64,000 nucleotides of DNA from Callorhinchus milii (Eukaryota): contig NW_024704742.1 of the NCBI RefSeq assembly GCF_018977255.1, positions 49,540,001-49,604,000 on the forward strand. The letters are read 5' to 3'. A program made the translations under genes and the position numbers. The notes under the pieces were generated by a model, which was not told where the DNA came from, did not search any database, and saw nothing but the letters and a program-made list of their open reading frames with translations. The stretch's first letter is position 1. Each line of letters opens with the position of its first letter. Shown here piece by piece: positions 25,721 to 38,709 of this stretch.

Positions 25721-26439
25721 TCCCTCCAACAAGCTCCCTCCCGCTCCTCTTTGAAGGCAAGTCTCAAAACATACCTCTTTGACCCTGCTTTTGTTCCTCT
25801 ATTCTCTCCCTATTCCCTTTGGCTTCTACCCCCTGCTCGGTTGCCTACTCAGCACTTTGAGATGTACTTCCAAGGTGTGAGGTGCTGTATAAACGTAAAT
25901 TGTATTGTATTCATTCTATGCAAATGTTGCTATACAATTGCAAGCTGTCACTCATTAATCTCTGTAGATCAGATGATGACTATCCATGGTGCTGCGATAA
26001 TCTCATTATTGTAGATACGAATGTTGTTTTTATTACTACACCTTTGGTGCTACATACTGAGATGTTTGATATACTGGTGCTAAAAGGCAAATATGAAGCT
26101 GCTGATGTATGCAGCTGTCAGGAGGAAACAAGAGCACCTCCAGGGTTGCTTTCACTTTGCATCACCAGCAGTGTATCCATCACTCATTCAATGCTTCTTT
26201 TGAACTTGGTTATTTTTCAAAATAACCCCACGTTTCTGGAGTACAGCCGGCTGCCCTTCAGATTGTACCTGATGAAAAGAGCTGCTGTCCCATTTCTTCT
26301 TTTCCATTAGTAAAAGCTCAGAGCAGTTGGAGGGCAGTAAGCAGGGGTTCTGCTTCCAAACACTTCAAGCAGGTGTTGTAACTGCGGCTCCCTGTGCCGT
26401 CTGCTGATTTAATGTAGTTGGCAACGTAGGTCACAGGGT

Positions 26440-27160
26440 AGACACTGGACTCTAATTTGTGAGCTGTGCCAATCATATGTAAACATATCTGTATAGACGG
26501 ATGTCTTTAATTAAAGTAGAACACCATTATAAGGTGGTAGATGGGAGCCATAAGATTCAAGACCACATTATAACCAGACATGATCAAGAGCAGCTGCTGG
26601 TCAATGCAGTGCGTATGCTTGCAGAAAACCAGACAGCTTCCAGCAGTAAAAAGAAGAGGCTGCCTTCTGGATCATTGCGCCACCATTGTGGCGCTTCCTG
26701 AATGCTGCACATCATGTGAAGCTTTAATCTATTTTAAGGCGGCTGACAGAGCTAAACTTATTTACAATGGGGGAAAGATGGCTAACCAATGGTCAACTTC
26801 TGGGTCATTGGATTACATGCACATAGAAAGTGATGACATGGTGACTTCATGCCTTTTTTTTAGCACACAGGAAGCAAGCCAGGTTGTGGGAAACAAGCTG
26901 CAGGTTAATCTAAAACAATCCAGCACCCAACCCGTAGGCCCCCTCTTGTCCCTTTCCCAAACTGTCGGTGGCACCTGCCCAATTCTGGTCTGTAGGGCTG
27001 CTCATCGGGGCATCCTCACCTCTGATCGGATAGTGGACCTAGGTCTGTCTTCAACATATAGGTCCTGTGTTACCTTCACTAACCATTGCCAGTATTTTCT
27101 TCACTGTAGCTTGTTATACCAGAGTAGACCATGGACATCTTTAATTTATTTTTAAGGGGG
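26440..27160 (+). mobile_element. Eroded PLE fossil containing a 191-codon stop-free frame
   Basis: HIITRHDQEQLLVNAVRM, STQEASQV..KL..NLKQS, ILVCRAAHRG (ADKG-like), STY, LLY. Confidence 0.42.
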
Positions 27161-29809
27161 CCGACGGAGCTGGACTTATTTTCAGTGGGAAAAGACATGC
27201 AAAGGGAAATAATTCAAGACTTTAATTGCTGAGAGCACAATGACAGTATTTGTGAGCAGGTAATTTTAATTTTAACGAATGTGAGCACAGATTAGAAAAC
27301 ATAAACACAGAATTAAAAAGCCTGTTGTGGCACCTTGCTGAGCGCAAAATGGCTGCCACATTTGATTATGAGACATGTGATTCGAAGATGTGATAAGAGG
27401 CTATATATCAATGGCAAGGATTATTATTATTCAAAAAAAAGGTAATAATTATGGTACAGTGCTTTTTAATAGAAAATGACACCATAAAATTCAAGTTCCC
27501 TCTTAATGGGGCATATAACTTTTTCTCATTCAATGGTTTCTTCTGTTTCATAAGAAATAGCGAACACAGCAGTGCGTTCTGGGCTGGTTACCATTGTAGC
27601 ATTCTGCTTAGCGATACTAAAAAGTGCCGCATGAGATCTAATTCACCCCCATGATTTTACAATTGACATGATTTCCAAGCAATTCAACACTGGTATCTTC
27701 ATCTAATTACGTTAAGGTTATCTTGCTGTTGATTTCCTTCCAAATGCTCTAAGCTGCAGTGCATTCGTTGTCACACCGTTAACTTTGATGTTGTGAAACA
27801 GAATGCTACCCCAGCTAGATCTGACACGCTGTGTTTAGTATTACTAATTACAATTAAGAAGTTAAGCATGGGGGGTTAGCATTCTCCTGCCGCTACAATG
27901 CATATAGGCAATGCAGGATGGAAATAAAAGTTTGGGCATTTCATCCATTTAAGATAGAATTCAAAATGCGAACTCAGGTTCTTAATTGATGCAGCTTAAT
28001 TGAAACTGACCTTTTGCAGCCTCGGAGCAGCTGAAATCATGATCTGAGAAGGTACTAAGTCCACAAATTGTGTGCTCAGTGCCAGAGGTTTAGTTGAATG
28101 GAGAAATAAGTTAATTTTGCTTACAGTATTTGCTCCAGGTCATTCGGGCTCTCACTCACTCGGCTTTCTCTCACATCTGCAAAGTCGCTCACCTCCATCA
28201 CTATCTCTCCCCCTCAGATTGCCAAGATTCTCATTCATGCCTTCTTCACATCCAATCTTGACTATTTGAATGCTCTGTTCTCCAGACTCCCCAGCTCCTC
28301 CCTACACAAGCTGCAGACCATGCAGAAAACCATGTCCTCTCCTGCACCAAGATCAGGGAGCCCATTACCCCCAACCTCACTTGGCTCCACTGGCTCCCCA
28401 TCTCCCAATGGATTTAAGATGCTTATCCTTACTTTCAAATCCCTTCACGTACTCCCTCCACCTTATCTCTGTGATCTCCTGTGACCCATTTCGAAACGAG
28501 ACCTCTGTTTAACATCTCATCCAAAGGAGGGCACCTCCAGCAATTCAGCACTCCCCCAACACTGTACTGGAGTCTCAGCCTGAACTCTGAGCTCAAAGTC
28601 CTGATGTGGGTCTTGAACCTACAACCTTCTGACTCAGAGGCAAGAATGCTACCAACTGAGCCAGGTGGAGAATATAAATGTGACATTGTGGTGAGATTAG
28701 AGGTGGAAATATACAATTTAAACATCTCACTACACATTTTCCCACATCTTGTACTTTCACCGTTTGTTTTTTTTGGCTTCTTAGATTACCTCCACTTTGA
28801 GTTTGATGCTTAAATAATGTTATGGTCTTCGATTTATTTTCTTTCCACTTTTCCCACACTGCATTCACTTTTCTCTATCGGTCTTTCACTTCGATTGAGT
28901 CAATGTTGTTGATTTGTATTCTCTCCTCACACTATTTAGACATAGCTGAAATATTTATTTTCATTAACTTCGTCCTATATCCCTTTGCTCTTCAAGACCA
29001 TTCTCTGCATTTTGACAATGAGTGATCCTTGATCGTCTCAGTGTAATGGCCAGTAACAGTGCAGATAATGGCACTGGTCTGAAGAGTTGTAAATTGTAAT
29101 CTGCCAGCCAATTTTCCTCACTCAGAGCACAGCAGCTCATCCGCACATGAAAGTGACTCTGTGCATCCTGTGTGCCGACAGCTGTCAGTGGGGTTGCCAT
29201 CTCCCTGCTGAAATATTGTTTCATTCAAGGACATCTTTTCCAGCACAGTGTTATATAACACCCAGATACTAATTAATCCAACAAGTTTTATCACTGAGTT
29301 ATTTGCACCCATGAGTTCATTCCTTAAAACCATATAAATGAAATGCTACGAAGTAAGACCATTTTGCCTTACAATTTAAGATAGGAGCAGATGATTTTTC
29401 AAATCAATCTTAATTTGGAAGTAAATTATTTTTAAGAACTGTGGAAAAAATGACTTCCATGTTCTTACAAAGGCTCAGTAGGATTTCAGACCTCCAAAAT
29501 CCTTGGTAGAGAAATACATGCACAGAAGAGAAAGTATTGTCATTGAAAGTGTTTAGTATTCAATGGATACTAAAGGAAGACCATGTGACTGTCGTCTATA
29601 ATGTGAGCTTCAACTGAGAGTTGTTTTTACATTGAATAACCGGATTACCTGTCATATATCTGATAATAATCCTTGCATTTGATATAGTGCCTTATCATGT
29701 CATTGAGACGTCTCAAAGCGCTTCACAGTATATACTGAAAAGTGAATCAAATGTGTAATTTGTGGGTGAAACGAAGCTTGCAGTGAGATAACAGCAAAGT
29801 CAGTTGCTA

Positions 29810-29990
29810 TTAATCTTTCTCTACTCTAGGTCCTTAAATTGAAGCTACAATTGCCTGCAAAATGTATTCACAACTCGCCTGGAAAACTTCTCTCTGAATT
29901 TACTAATCTTCATCAATGAATCTGTCAGGCAGATAGAGTTCAAGACCATTTAGTTTCTAAGGTCTTGCATCGGATTAATGCAAAGGCACA
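29810..29990 (+). mobile_element. PLE N-terminal fossil, related to 31450..31790
   Basis: IFINESVRQIEFKTI cf. LLNERVRQINFTI. Confidence 0.42.
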
Positions 29991-30139
29991 TCCATTCACT
30001 CTGGATGTCCTCACTGACTTAGCCATTAGCTTGTGCAACTAAATTCTGTGTGTGCAAAGCTGAATGTCTTCTGAGTGGAAACACTGTAATGTTATTTTAC
30101 ACTATGTCAGTGAATCAGTCATCATTAATGAGCACTGGA

Positions 30140-30740
30140 CCTATTTTATTTTGGTCAGCTGCATGTCTGATCCATCACCACGCTTAAGAGTTGCGATGGA
30201 CGAAACCAAACTGTGAGCTCCATCCATCCCACCTATACATGGAAATTACCAAGATACTTATTGTGAAGGAACGCACACTCTCCCTCAGAATGACGCATCT
30301 GCTTACTTAATTCCGGACAGTATTAGGGGCAGGTTGGCAAGATCCAAGGCTTGGGGGACCCCAGAGTATGTATAGGGGTAATGCCTGAGTCCAAACAGCT
30401 AAAACTGCATAGTTTGCCATTGATATCACTGTCTGGCAAACTTTCCCGCTGCTAGTCCAGCTCGGACGACTTTATCCATTGAGGCTTTGGCTTGCAGGGT
30501 TAACAGGAGCTGGGTGGGAAGATTTTCTGCCCCCAGTGACTGGTCTGCCCTTCCAGGTCCTCCTGATGAGCCAGGCCGGCTGTGCTGTAATCACCGGTGC
30601 CCTGGCTCAGGAACTGGACTACCAAGACCGACACAGAGGATTGGTTTAATTCTGACATTCCACTGCCAAGCATGTCACCTTGGGGCCACTTGAGTTCCAG
30701 GGAGACCCGCTTATGCTTACCTCTTTCCAAGGACAATAGT
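30140..30740 (-). mobile_element. Unclassified structured interspersed element; second, truncated copy at 50040..50235
   Basis: Shared TTTGGTCAGC, GCTTAAGAG, CCATCCATCCCACCTA and CTGCTTAC.TAATTC blocks; both end in an A-rich tail on the minus strand. Confidence 0.65.
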
Positions 30741-31449
30741 TACCATTTGGTCATTTGACATCTGATAAGTGCAGATAGACGGCAAGTACCAAGAACTTCC
30801 TGCGAGTTTTGTTGTGGGCAACACAGCTCAGCATGAAATGGACCATTTCCGTTTTACCAATAAGAAAACTCAGTTTTACAATTATCTTCCACCGTACAGT
30901 CTAGATTCCAAACTTTGCACTTTGTTCATTTCCATTTTTGAATTCATTGATCGATCAAACTAATTTAAAAATGTGGATTTTTTTCGTTTTTTAAAACTGA
31001 GTGGTTGTTGGGAAATTTACCTATAGACAAGAAAGAATTGAGATTGTATAAATGTCAACAATACCAGTTTGGAACAACACACAACAACAATTTACATTTG
31101 TATAGCCTCAAAAGCGAGTCTCAAAGCACTTTATACAGCTGATTGGGAGCATAGTTGATAAGTCTGCAGTTGAGGTTCAACAGCTTTAACATTTCAAAAC
31201 ATCAGTTTCAAAATATTTAACCATTTATTTCTGGGTCTGCAATCAATTGCTTCACCCCAGAAAATGCCTAGTGACTTGAATGCACAAACCACCTTTTATT
31301 GTTTTATAATCCCAGTGTTCTCATTTACTACCTGTCATTAATATTAAAGTAATGTAAAACAACAACAACTTGCACTTATATAGCACCCTCCACGCAGGGT
31401 AGCATCTCAGAGTGTTTAAGTGATACAACAGTTGCTTTATGTATGATAC

Positions 31450-31790
31450 ATAAACATTGTGGTTGATGGCAAATCAAATATTGTATTAGGCAAGATGGCC
31501 CTTTGAAGGTCTTTGCCAGAATATTTCTGTGAAAAGCAAATGATCTTTGTTCTATCTCATGCAAAAATCGAAGGAGACCAGATTCATCAATGAATCTGTC
31601 AGGCAGATAGCTCCCAAAGATCTCTCAGTCTTTAAAGTGGAAATCTTGGATCAGATCAATTCAGAGGCAGAAAAAATGCAAAAACAGCAGAAAAACAGCT
31701 TCAAAATAAATACTGAGTTTAAGAATTTACCAAATTCTGTCTACTCTGAGCTGTTAAGAAAATTGTGTAAGTTGGGACTCCGATAATATT
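31450..31790 (+). mobile_element. PLE N-terminal fossil
   Basis: SVKSK*..LMQKSKETRFINESVRQI cf. VKG.RA..ILQKAE.QLLNERVRQI. Confidence 0.45.
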
Positions 31791-31829
31791 CTCTACCTTT
31801 CTGAGTTCGAGTGCTCTAATACTTAATAA

Positions 31830-32123
31830 ATAATGAATGCATTTGGTATAGTGCCTTATCATGTCAGCAGAATGTCTCAAGGCGCTTCACAGGAATTACT
31901 GTGAAATGGAGTGACTGTGTATTTGTAAGCAAAAGTGGCAGCCCACTAGCGCACAGCAGTGTCCTACAAACAGTGACCAATTTTATTGTTTTGTTTTTTC
32001 TTGAGGGATTATTATTAGGCATGTGGAGTAAGGAAACTGGCCCAAGGTTTCGCCCTGCCTGGAATTGAACCCAGGTCTCTGGCTTGCAAGTGAGTGCTCT
32101 AACCACTGAGCTACAGGACTCCA
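31830..32123 (-). mobile_element. Same SINE, short form
   Basis: Reverse head AACCACTGAGCTACAGGACTCC; body and tail present. Confidence 0.9.
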
Positions 32124-32623
32124 CAATGTTTGTTTAATAGAAACAGCTTCTTTCTACTGCAAAAAATAATCCCAGTATTTATACCCATGTTGAAGGCTTG
32201 GTATCCTCTAGGTTAGAATTGTGTTATTCAATGATCCTGGGGATTGTTGGCCAAGACACTAGGAGAAACCCACTTTTAAGAGTGTCATCTTACTTCTTCA
32301 GACATTCTTATCTTACCTTCAATCTCTTTCACATCCAACTGCTTGTCCAGCTATGTTTGTTTCCATTAATCGATACAAGCTTAGTTATGATAATGATAAT
32401 CTATTCCATGTTATAGAAACAGAACATTCTCCCAACATTATCTCCAATCTTTAGTCTCACTGAAAGGTTGAATAATTGCATCTGTTCCTCTAATTCTTTT
32501 ATATTTATCAACGGTTATCAACAACTGGTTCTAATATTGTGCCTTTCACCTAGGATAAAGTTTCAAAGCACCTAAAAAAACATGGAGTGGAAACCTGAGG
32601 CGGGAGGTGACTAAAGACATGGT

Positions 32624-33065
32624 ACAACAACAACATGGATTTATATAGCGCCCTCCACGCCGGACGGCGTCTCAGAGCGCTTCACAGTAATGGATCCCGG
32701 GGCAGAGCTAGGGGGAGGGAGAGGAAGGTGACCAAAGGCACGGTTGAAGAGAAAGGTCTTCAACAGAATCCTGAAAATAGGAAGAGAGGAGGCGAGGCGA
32801 AGGGAGTGAGGAAGGCAGTTCCAGAGCCTCGGGGCATAGTGGCTGAAGGCACGGCCGCCGAGGGTGGAGCGGAGTTCTCGGGGGACGAGGAGGAGGCCAG
32901 ACCCGGAGGAACAAAGGCAAAGGGCACTGTTTTGAGGAGAGAGGTAGGGAGGTGCAGAGGAGTGGAGGGATTTGAAGACAAGGGTGAGGATCTTGAAATC
33001 AATCCTCTCTGGGATAGGCAGCCAGTGCAGTCTGGCAAGGACTGGGGTGATTGGGGAATGGAAAA
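32624..33065 (-). mobile_element. L2 3' fragment (third tail subtype, ACGCCGTCCGGCGT stem)
   Basis: Matches 41143..41358 in opposite orientation; LHWLP-type region at right. Confidence 0.88.
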
Positions 33066-33324
33066 AACATGGTAAAAGAGGTAGGTTGTTTGAAGGGATT
33101 TGAAAGTAGAGATGGAAGGTGCAAGATGGAGAGAACTAACACAATATGGAGGGCAAATATCCATGACTTATCTCGGAGACGTACTGGAGCCTGTGTAATA
33201 TGTTCGAGATAGTGTATTATCTTTTTAAAGAGGCTATGGCATACTGTAACAAGAAAGTTCTGATAATTGGTATTAATAAATATAATAATTATACTGAAAA
33301 GAGAACTGCACCTCAGATTTATTG

Positions 33325-33579
33325 TAATAATAATCCTTGCATTTGATATAGCGCTTTCCACGTCTTCTAGACCTCTCAAAACGCTTCACAGAACATACTG
33401 TAAAGTGAATTCACTGTATATATGTGGACGAAATGCGGCAGCCAATTGCGCACAGCAGTGTCCCACAAACGGTCGTGGATTGAAATAATCAATTTATTAT
33501 TGTTTTTATGAGGGATTATTATTAGGCGTGTGGAGTAAAGAAACCTGCCCAGGGTTTCACCCTGCCTGGAATTGAACCC
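33325..33579 (-). mobile_element. Same SINE, truncated at the B box
   Basis: Body and (TAA)n tail match other copies. Confidence 0.9.
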
Positions 33580-33949
33580 TTTGTTAATTAATTCCTTTGT
33601 GAAAAAAAGACAAAAATAATTCTGTTTGTCACTGCCCAGATAAGTAGGTGTGTGTGCTTGGAGAGAGGGGGATTGTGGTATGTGATGTAATAAGTATCAC
33701 TAATTATACTTATCATTTTACTTCCCTCCCCATATTCAGTCAAGATTGTTTTTATTTTTTGTTATAATAAATTATTTGTTTGGCGATTTGTTCTTATAAT
33801 ATGCTAAACTGTATATACAACACAATATTAGAAACATGTTAGATGTGGGAATATTTGAAGTGGTATTTTGTATTTTTTACTGTTAAATATTGAAATGGCA
33901 AACTGAAATAATTAGCCTCTTTCAGTCTTGATTCGCAGGGTTCTGTTGG

Positions 33950-34640
33950 CTTTAGGTTATGGAAACGAATGGACAACTTCCCTGAAGATGTATTATCTCG
34001 GGATTAAGAGTGATTCAAAGGTAATGTGTTTAAGAATAATGGACTAGGTTCAGACTGCTGTGGTAGAAAAAGCTTCATAGATTTCTCTCGTACATACACG
34101 CCTATGTTTCTGCTTAACTCCCAAAATGATGGAACTCAGTGCTATTCTGTTACCACCTGCTCACTCCATGCCTTTAAGACTTCCTTTCTGCCTCTGGTCT
34201 TCTGCTTGTTCTCTGTTTAAGTGCCCTCTTCATTATATTCTGCCTCTAAAATAGACCCTTCTTTTGTTTCAAACTTTCTTTCCTCTCCATGTCTTCGATC
34301 TTTCTGAAAGGATTATTATTAAAAGAGGTCCTTTGGCCAGTCAGCACCTCCTAGATCCCTCTGTCTCTGACATTCCCATTTTATTTCAGTGTCTCTTAGA
34401 TCCATTGCTCATTGTATCTCTGAAATCTCACCTTTTGTGAGGTGACCAACGTGCTCTACATCAACAACAACAAAAATTACACTTGTATAGTGCCCTTCAC
34501 GTCGGAAAGACATCGCCAAGATTCTTCTGTACCTCCAAAATACATCTACTCTACTATTACCTCGATATCTCTGAGGTTTCTCCTCCCTGAATTGCAGAAT
34601 TCTTTCAATCACTTGGGGTAAATTCTGCAGTTGGTTCATA
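33950..34640 (-). mobile_element. Eroded PLE fossil split by an L2-type tail (34463..34525)
   Basis: NEQWI, LAKGPL, LNREQAEDQRQK in PLE order. Confidence 0.4.
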
Positions 34641-37049
34641 AATAGCAGTAGGTAGGAAGTAGGTAGCAGTCAATAGGAATCCAGACGTTAGTTGATTGGT
34701 GGAATGCTATTCCGGGGGTAATAATTCCTTTAAAATAATAATAATTTGGTCACTCAATCCACGACTGTTATATAAATAATAATAATCCTTGCATTTGATA
34801 TAGGGTTTTGGTTGAGGTTTTCGCCCACAAAATATACTGTCAATTCACTTTACAGTATATTCTGTGAAACGCTTTGGGACGTCTCAAAGACACGATAAGG
34901 CGCTATATCAAATACAAGGATTATTATTATTAATAAATATTGCCAGAGTTCATTATTGACCACCAGGTGGCAGCACAACCCTCGTGGTAAATGTTTTCTC
35001 TATTTTGCCTTTTTTTACTTTGATACATTAGTCAAAAACGCTATTTGTGTGGAAAGCTACGAGTTCATGTGGGAAGAGATGACAACTAGTTGTGTCTGTG
35101 AGCCAATGGCCATTCCAAATGTATTACACTATTCTATTGTTTCTTTCATCTCTTTTATGTATTGATTATTAATTCTATGTTTGTTAAATTTAATCGTCTG
35201 CCAGAAATATTAATCAAATGCAAGGATTATTATTGTCCTGTCTTGAAGAGGCTACTTTGGATATTTAAATATGCAGCACAATAACTCTTTGAAAGTGCAG
35301 AGCACTTAATACAGTACATCTATAAATGTCTATCAAAGGAATATTCTTAATGGCCCTGAAACATCAAAACATATGAATGTGAAGAAAATCTCAGTCTACG
35401 TCAACATAAAAGGATTGAAATTCACTTAAATATCACCTATAACATTTTTTTGTATTAAAATTTAAGGTGGCGTAGAATTGTGTGTGACACTCAATGTGGA
35501 ACCAGTCTTCCACAGTTCTTAAAGAGAACTACCTTCCAAATGAACAACAGCATTTATACAGCCCCCTTCACGCAGGGCAGCATCTTGGACACTTAACAGG
35601 GGTGGAGCCTGATGTCGAGCCGGTTAAATTAAATAAGTTAAATTAAGACTGAATTTAAGAATTCTTAGTTACACAGAGGGATTCAGTGTGGAATTAGAGG
35701 CAGGCTGATAGATGGATTTTAATCATTTGTATGAGGAGCCATTGAATGAAATTACCTGAACTATGTGTTTTTATTTTAATTGAACATGTGCCCTAATTTA
35801 GGAGAAAGGCACATTCGAAATATTGTTATGTTAGAGACAGAAAGTAGTTATGCCAATTTAACTGTGAAAGCCATTTGAAAGAGCTACAGCAAAAAAAAGT
35901 CCTAAGGATGAAAAGTTTTACATTTCACAACAGAGTCAATCTAGTATATTCAAATCTCACATTTTTCCATCCTTTACTGTAAACTGGTTGCGGAACTAAA
36001 TAGCCCAGACCTCAAGCACAATGGTGTGATCCAAAGGTCGATTGCAAAAACTTTCTGCTCCAATCTTGGCAGATGTTTAACAAGTCTAATTTATTTTTCG
36101 ATCCTGGAGCCAATATTTAGTGCAGTTTCACAGCATATTGATTGAGTTAAGATGATATACTATTTTTAGCTGCACTCAAATGTCGATCTCCAGCAAGAAT
36201 GACCTGGAGAAATCTTCGGAAAATTATGCCAAAGCTAAGTGGGGGAAGTCGATTCATCCAGGAGAGAATATTCACTATTAATAATAATTATCCTTACATT
36301 TGATATTGTGCCTTTCACGTCAGGAGGACATCTCAAAGTGCTTCACAGGATATATTGTATTGGGTAGTGTCTGTGTATTTTGAACACGGCAGCCAAGTTA
36401 TGCACATCAGTGTCGCACAAACAGCCACAAAGTGAATGACGAATTTTATTTTATTGTTGACCAGAAATACCTGACATTTCTTATGGTCTTAGCCTTAGTT
36501 ACACAGAGTGATATGGCATGGAAACAGACGTTCAGCTAGTCCATGGCTTCGAATCACTGTCATAAAATTTGAGATGCAGTGATGCAAAATGTTACAATTT
36601 TACATTGGGAAGATATTTTAAAGCACTTTCTTTTCCTATTTTGTTTTGGAAATTTGGAAAAAAAATTATTTTGGAAGGTTCTTCAATTCAGCTTTAAATT
36701 TGGTAGCCAGTTTCACAGATGTATGGCAAAAAACAGGGGAAAACAACAACTAGCAGTTATATAGCTTCCCTCATGTAGGATAACATCTCAGAGCGCTTCA
36801 TTGTGGAGGAGTTGGATGCCGAGTAAGGGAGAGCAGGGAGGTGACTTATGTTTTTTAACTTGGGAATTAAAGATAGATAGAGGAAGGCGGTTGAGGCTGG
36901 GAGTTCAGAGGTTAGGGCCACAGTGATTGCAAATGGACCGAAACGACACATTTTAAAGAATCAGGCAGCATGAGCTTAGAGTTTCTTAATATAGTCACAA
37001 TTTTGAATTCAGCAAAGTACCTCGGGGGTCTGGGTTACTTTGATATCTG

Positions 37050-37480
37050 GACAACTTTATTTTTTTACCTGATGAGAGGTGAATGACAGGTCAGCAAGTG
37101 TACATTCACAATGCTTCTTACGTTTTATCACATGGACTAATAAGTAATCATTGGAGGTTCTGCGCAATGCTTAGCTTAAATGATTGCTGCAACAGTAGGT
37201 AACAATGAAAGAGAATCCTGTTAAGTGGAATATATCTGCAGCTACTGATTCATTCCTGTGTGAGCAGAGTTTGCTGCATTGTTAATAGGAAGTACAGATC
37301 AGAGAGATCATGATCCTTGCCATATAGTTATATCACTCAGAACCTCCAAGTCAATTTTGTCAGAGGCAGTTATGCTGTTATGATTGCAGTTGAGCTGGGA
37401 TCAGTGGAGAGTCGGCAAGTCTTAATACAGTCACGGCTTGAATTTCCCACCAGATGCATAGGAACAGAACTTATCAGTGT
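37050..37480 (+). mobile_element. Eroded PLE fossil
   Basis: VLSHGL, MIAATV, KSILSEA..LQLSWD in PLE order. Confidence 0.33.
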
Positions 37481-37553
37481 CAGTGAGCACTGATTTCCAA
37501 CCAGCACGATGTGCTTGACTAAGTTGATAGAATTCTTTGAACTACAACAAGGT

Positions 37554-37878
37554 GGAGTCCTGTAGCTCAGTGGTTAGAGCACTCGCTTTGCAAGTGAGAG
37601 ACCTGAGTTCAACTCCAGGCAGAGGGCGAAACCTTGGGCAAGTTTCCTTACTCCACACGCCTAATAATAATCCCTCCAAAACCAAAAACAATAATAAATT
37701 GGTTATTTTCAATCTACGACTGTTTGTGGGACATTGCTGTGCGCAATTGGCTGCCGCGTTCGCCCACAAATATACAGTCAATTCACTTTACAGTGTGTTC
37801 TGTGAAGCGCTTTGGGACGTCCTCCCGACGTGAAAAGCGCTATATCAAATGCAAGGATTATTATTATTATTATTATTA
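37554..37878 (+). mobile_element. Same SINE, young short form, abutting an inverted head fragment (37870..37943)
   Basis: Full head, body and tail. Confidence 0.93.
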
Positions 37879-38709
37879 GGCGTGTGGAGTGAGGAAACTT
37901 GCCCAAGGCTTCGCGCTGTCTGGAATTGAACTCAGGTCTCACTTCTGCCTTCCCTCCCAGCACTATCTCACTTATGTGCCTACATATGCTGTAATATTGC
38001 ATGATTATGTAGCTCAAGTGGTAATTCAGTAATTTGTACATTTAAAATACCCTCTGATGTATCTCCTCAACTTCTCATTTCTTGATGAAGACCTATAACA
38101 TTTTTCTTTGCTGGTTCAGGTTTTTGAGAAAAATACCTTCAGTGAGGATATGTGACATCATAAATCCTCTGAATAAATGTGTTGAAGAGAAGAAGAAAAT
38201 CATTACTGTGATTTGTAGTAGCAAAGCATTCAAAAATGCCTGTTGGAAGATCCAGTTAAATGACATGTTAACATGATTTAGACCCTTGTGGAAAATTGTG
38301 AGCTACTTAGAATTATACATGGAAAAAAATTTGCTCACAGTTAAACAGGTCATTCTATTTGTATAATTTATGCTGATGTAAAGCCAGCAATAAGAGCAAC
38401 CACATTCTCCTCAACAAAGTACGCTATAACCCAACATAATACCCTTTCATAACACAGGTTGGTTTACGGCATGATTGGAGTGTGAACCTCACCATAAAGT
38501 CTAAGATGCACGCAGAAAGTCATTCTGCTTGCTTCAATACAATACAATTTATATTTATATATATTTTCTTTCATATCAGGAAGGCATCTCAAGGAGTTTG
38601 ACAATGTTGGATGGGTCCCGAGCTGGAGTTGGGAGCTGAGAGGGTGGGCTGGCTTATCGCATGCTAAAAAACAGCCACCTTCAATTTTTCTTCTCCCAAT
38701 ATGAATAAA

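Noticed and set aside
30563..30615. CTGATGAG hammerhead core or SECIS element
   Set aside because: The stem is followed by TCAGGAA rather than GAAA, and there is no GA quartet partner; kept only as a hairpin.
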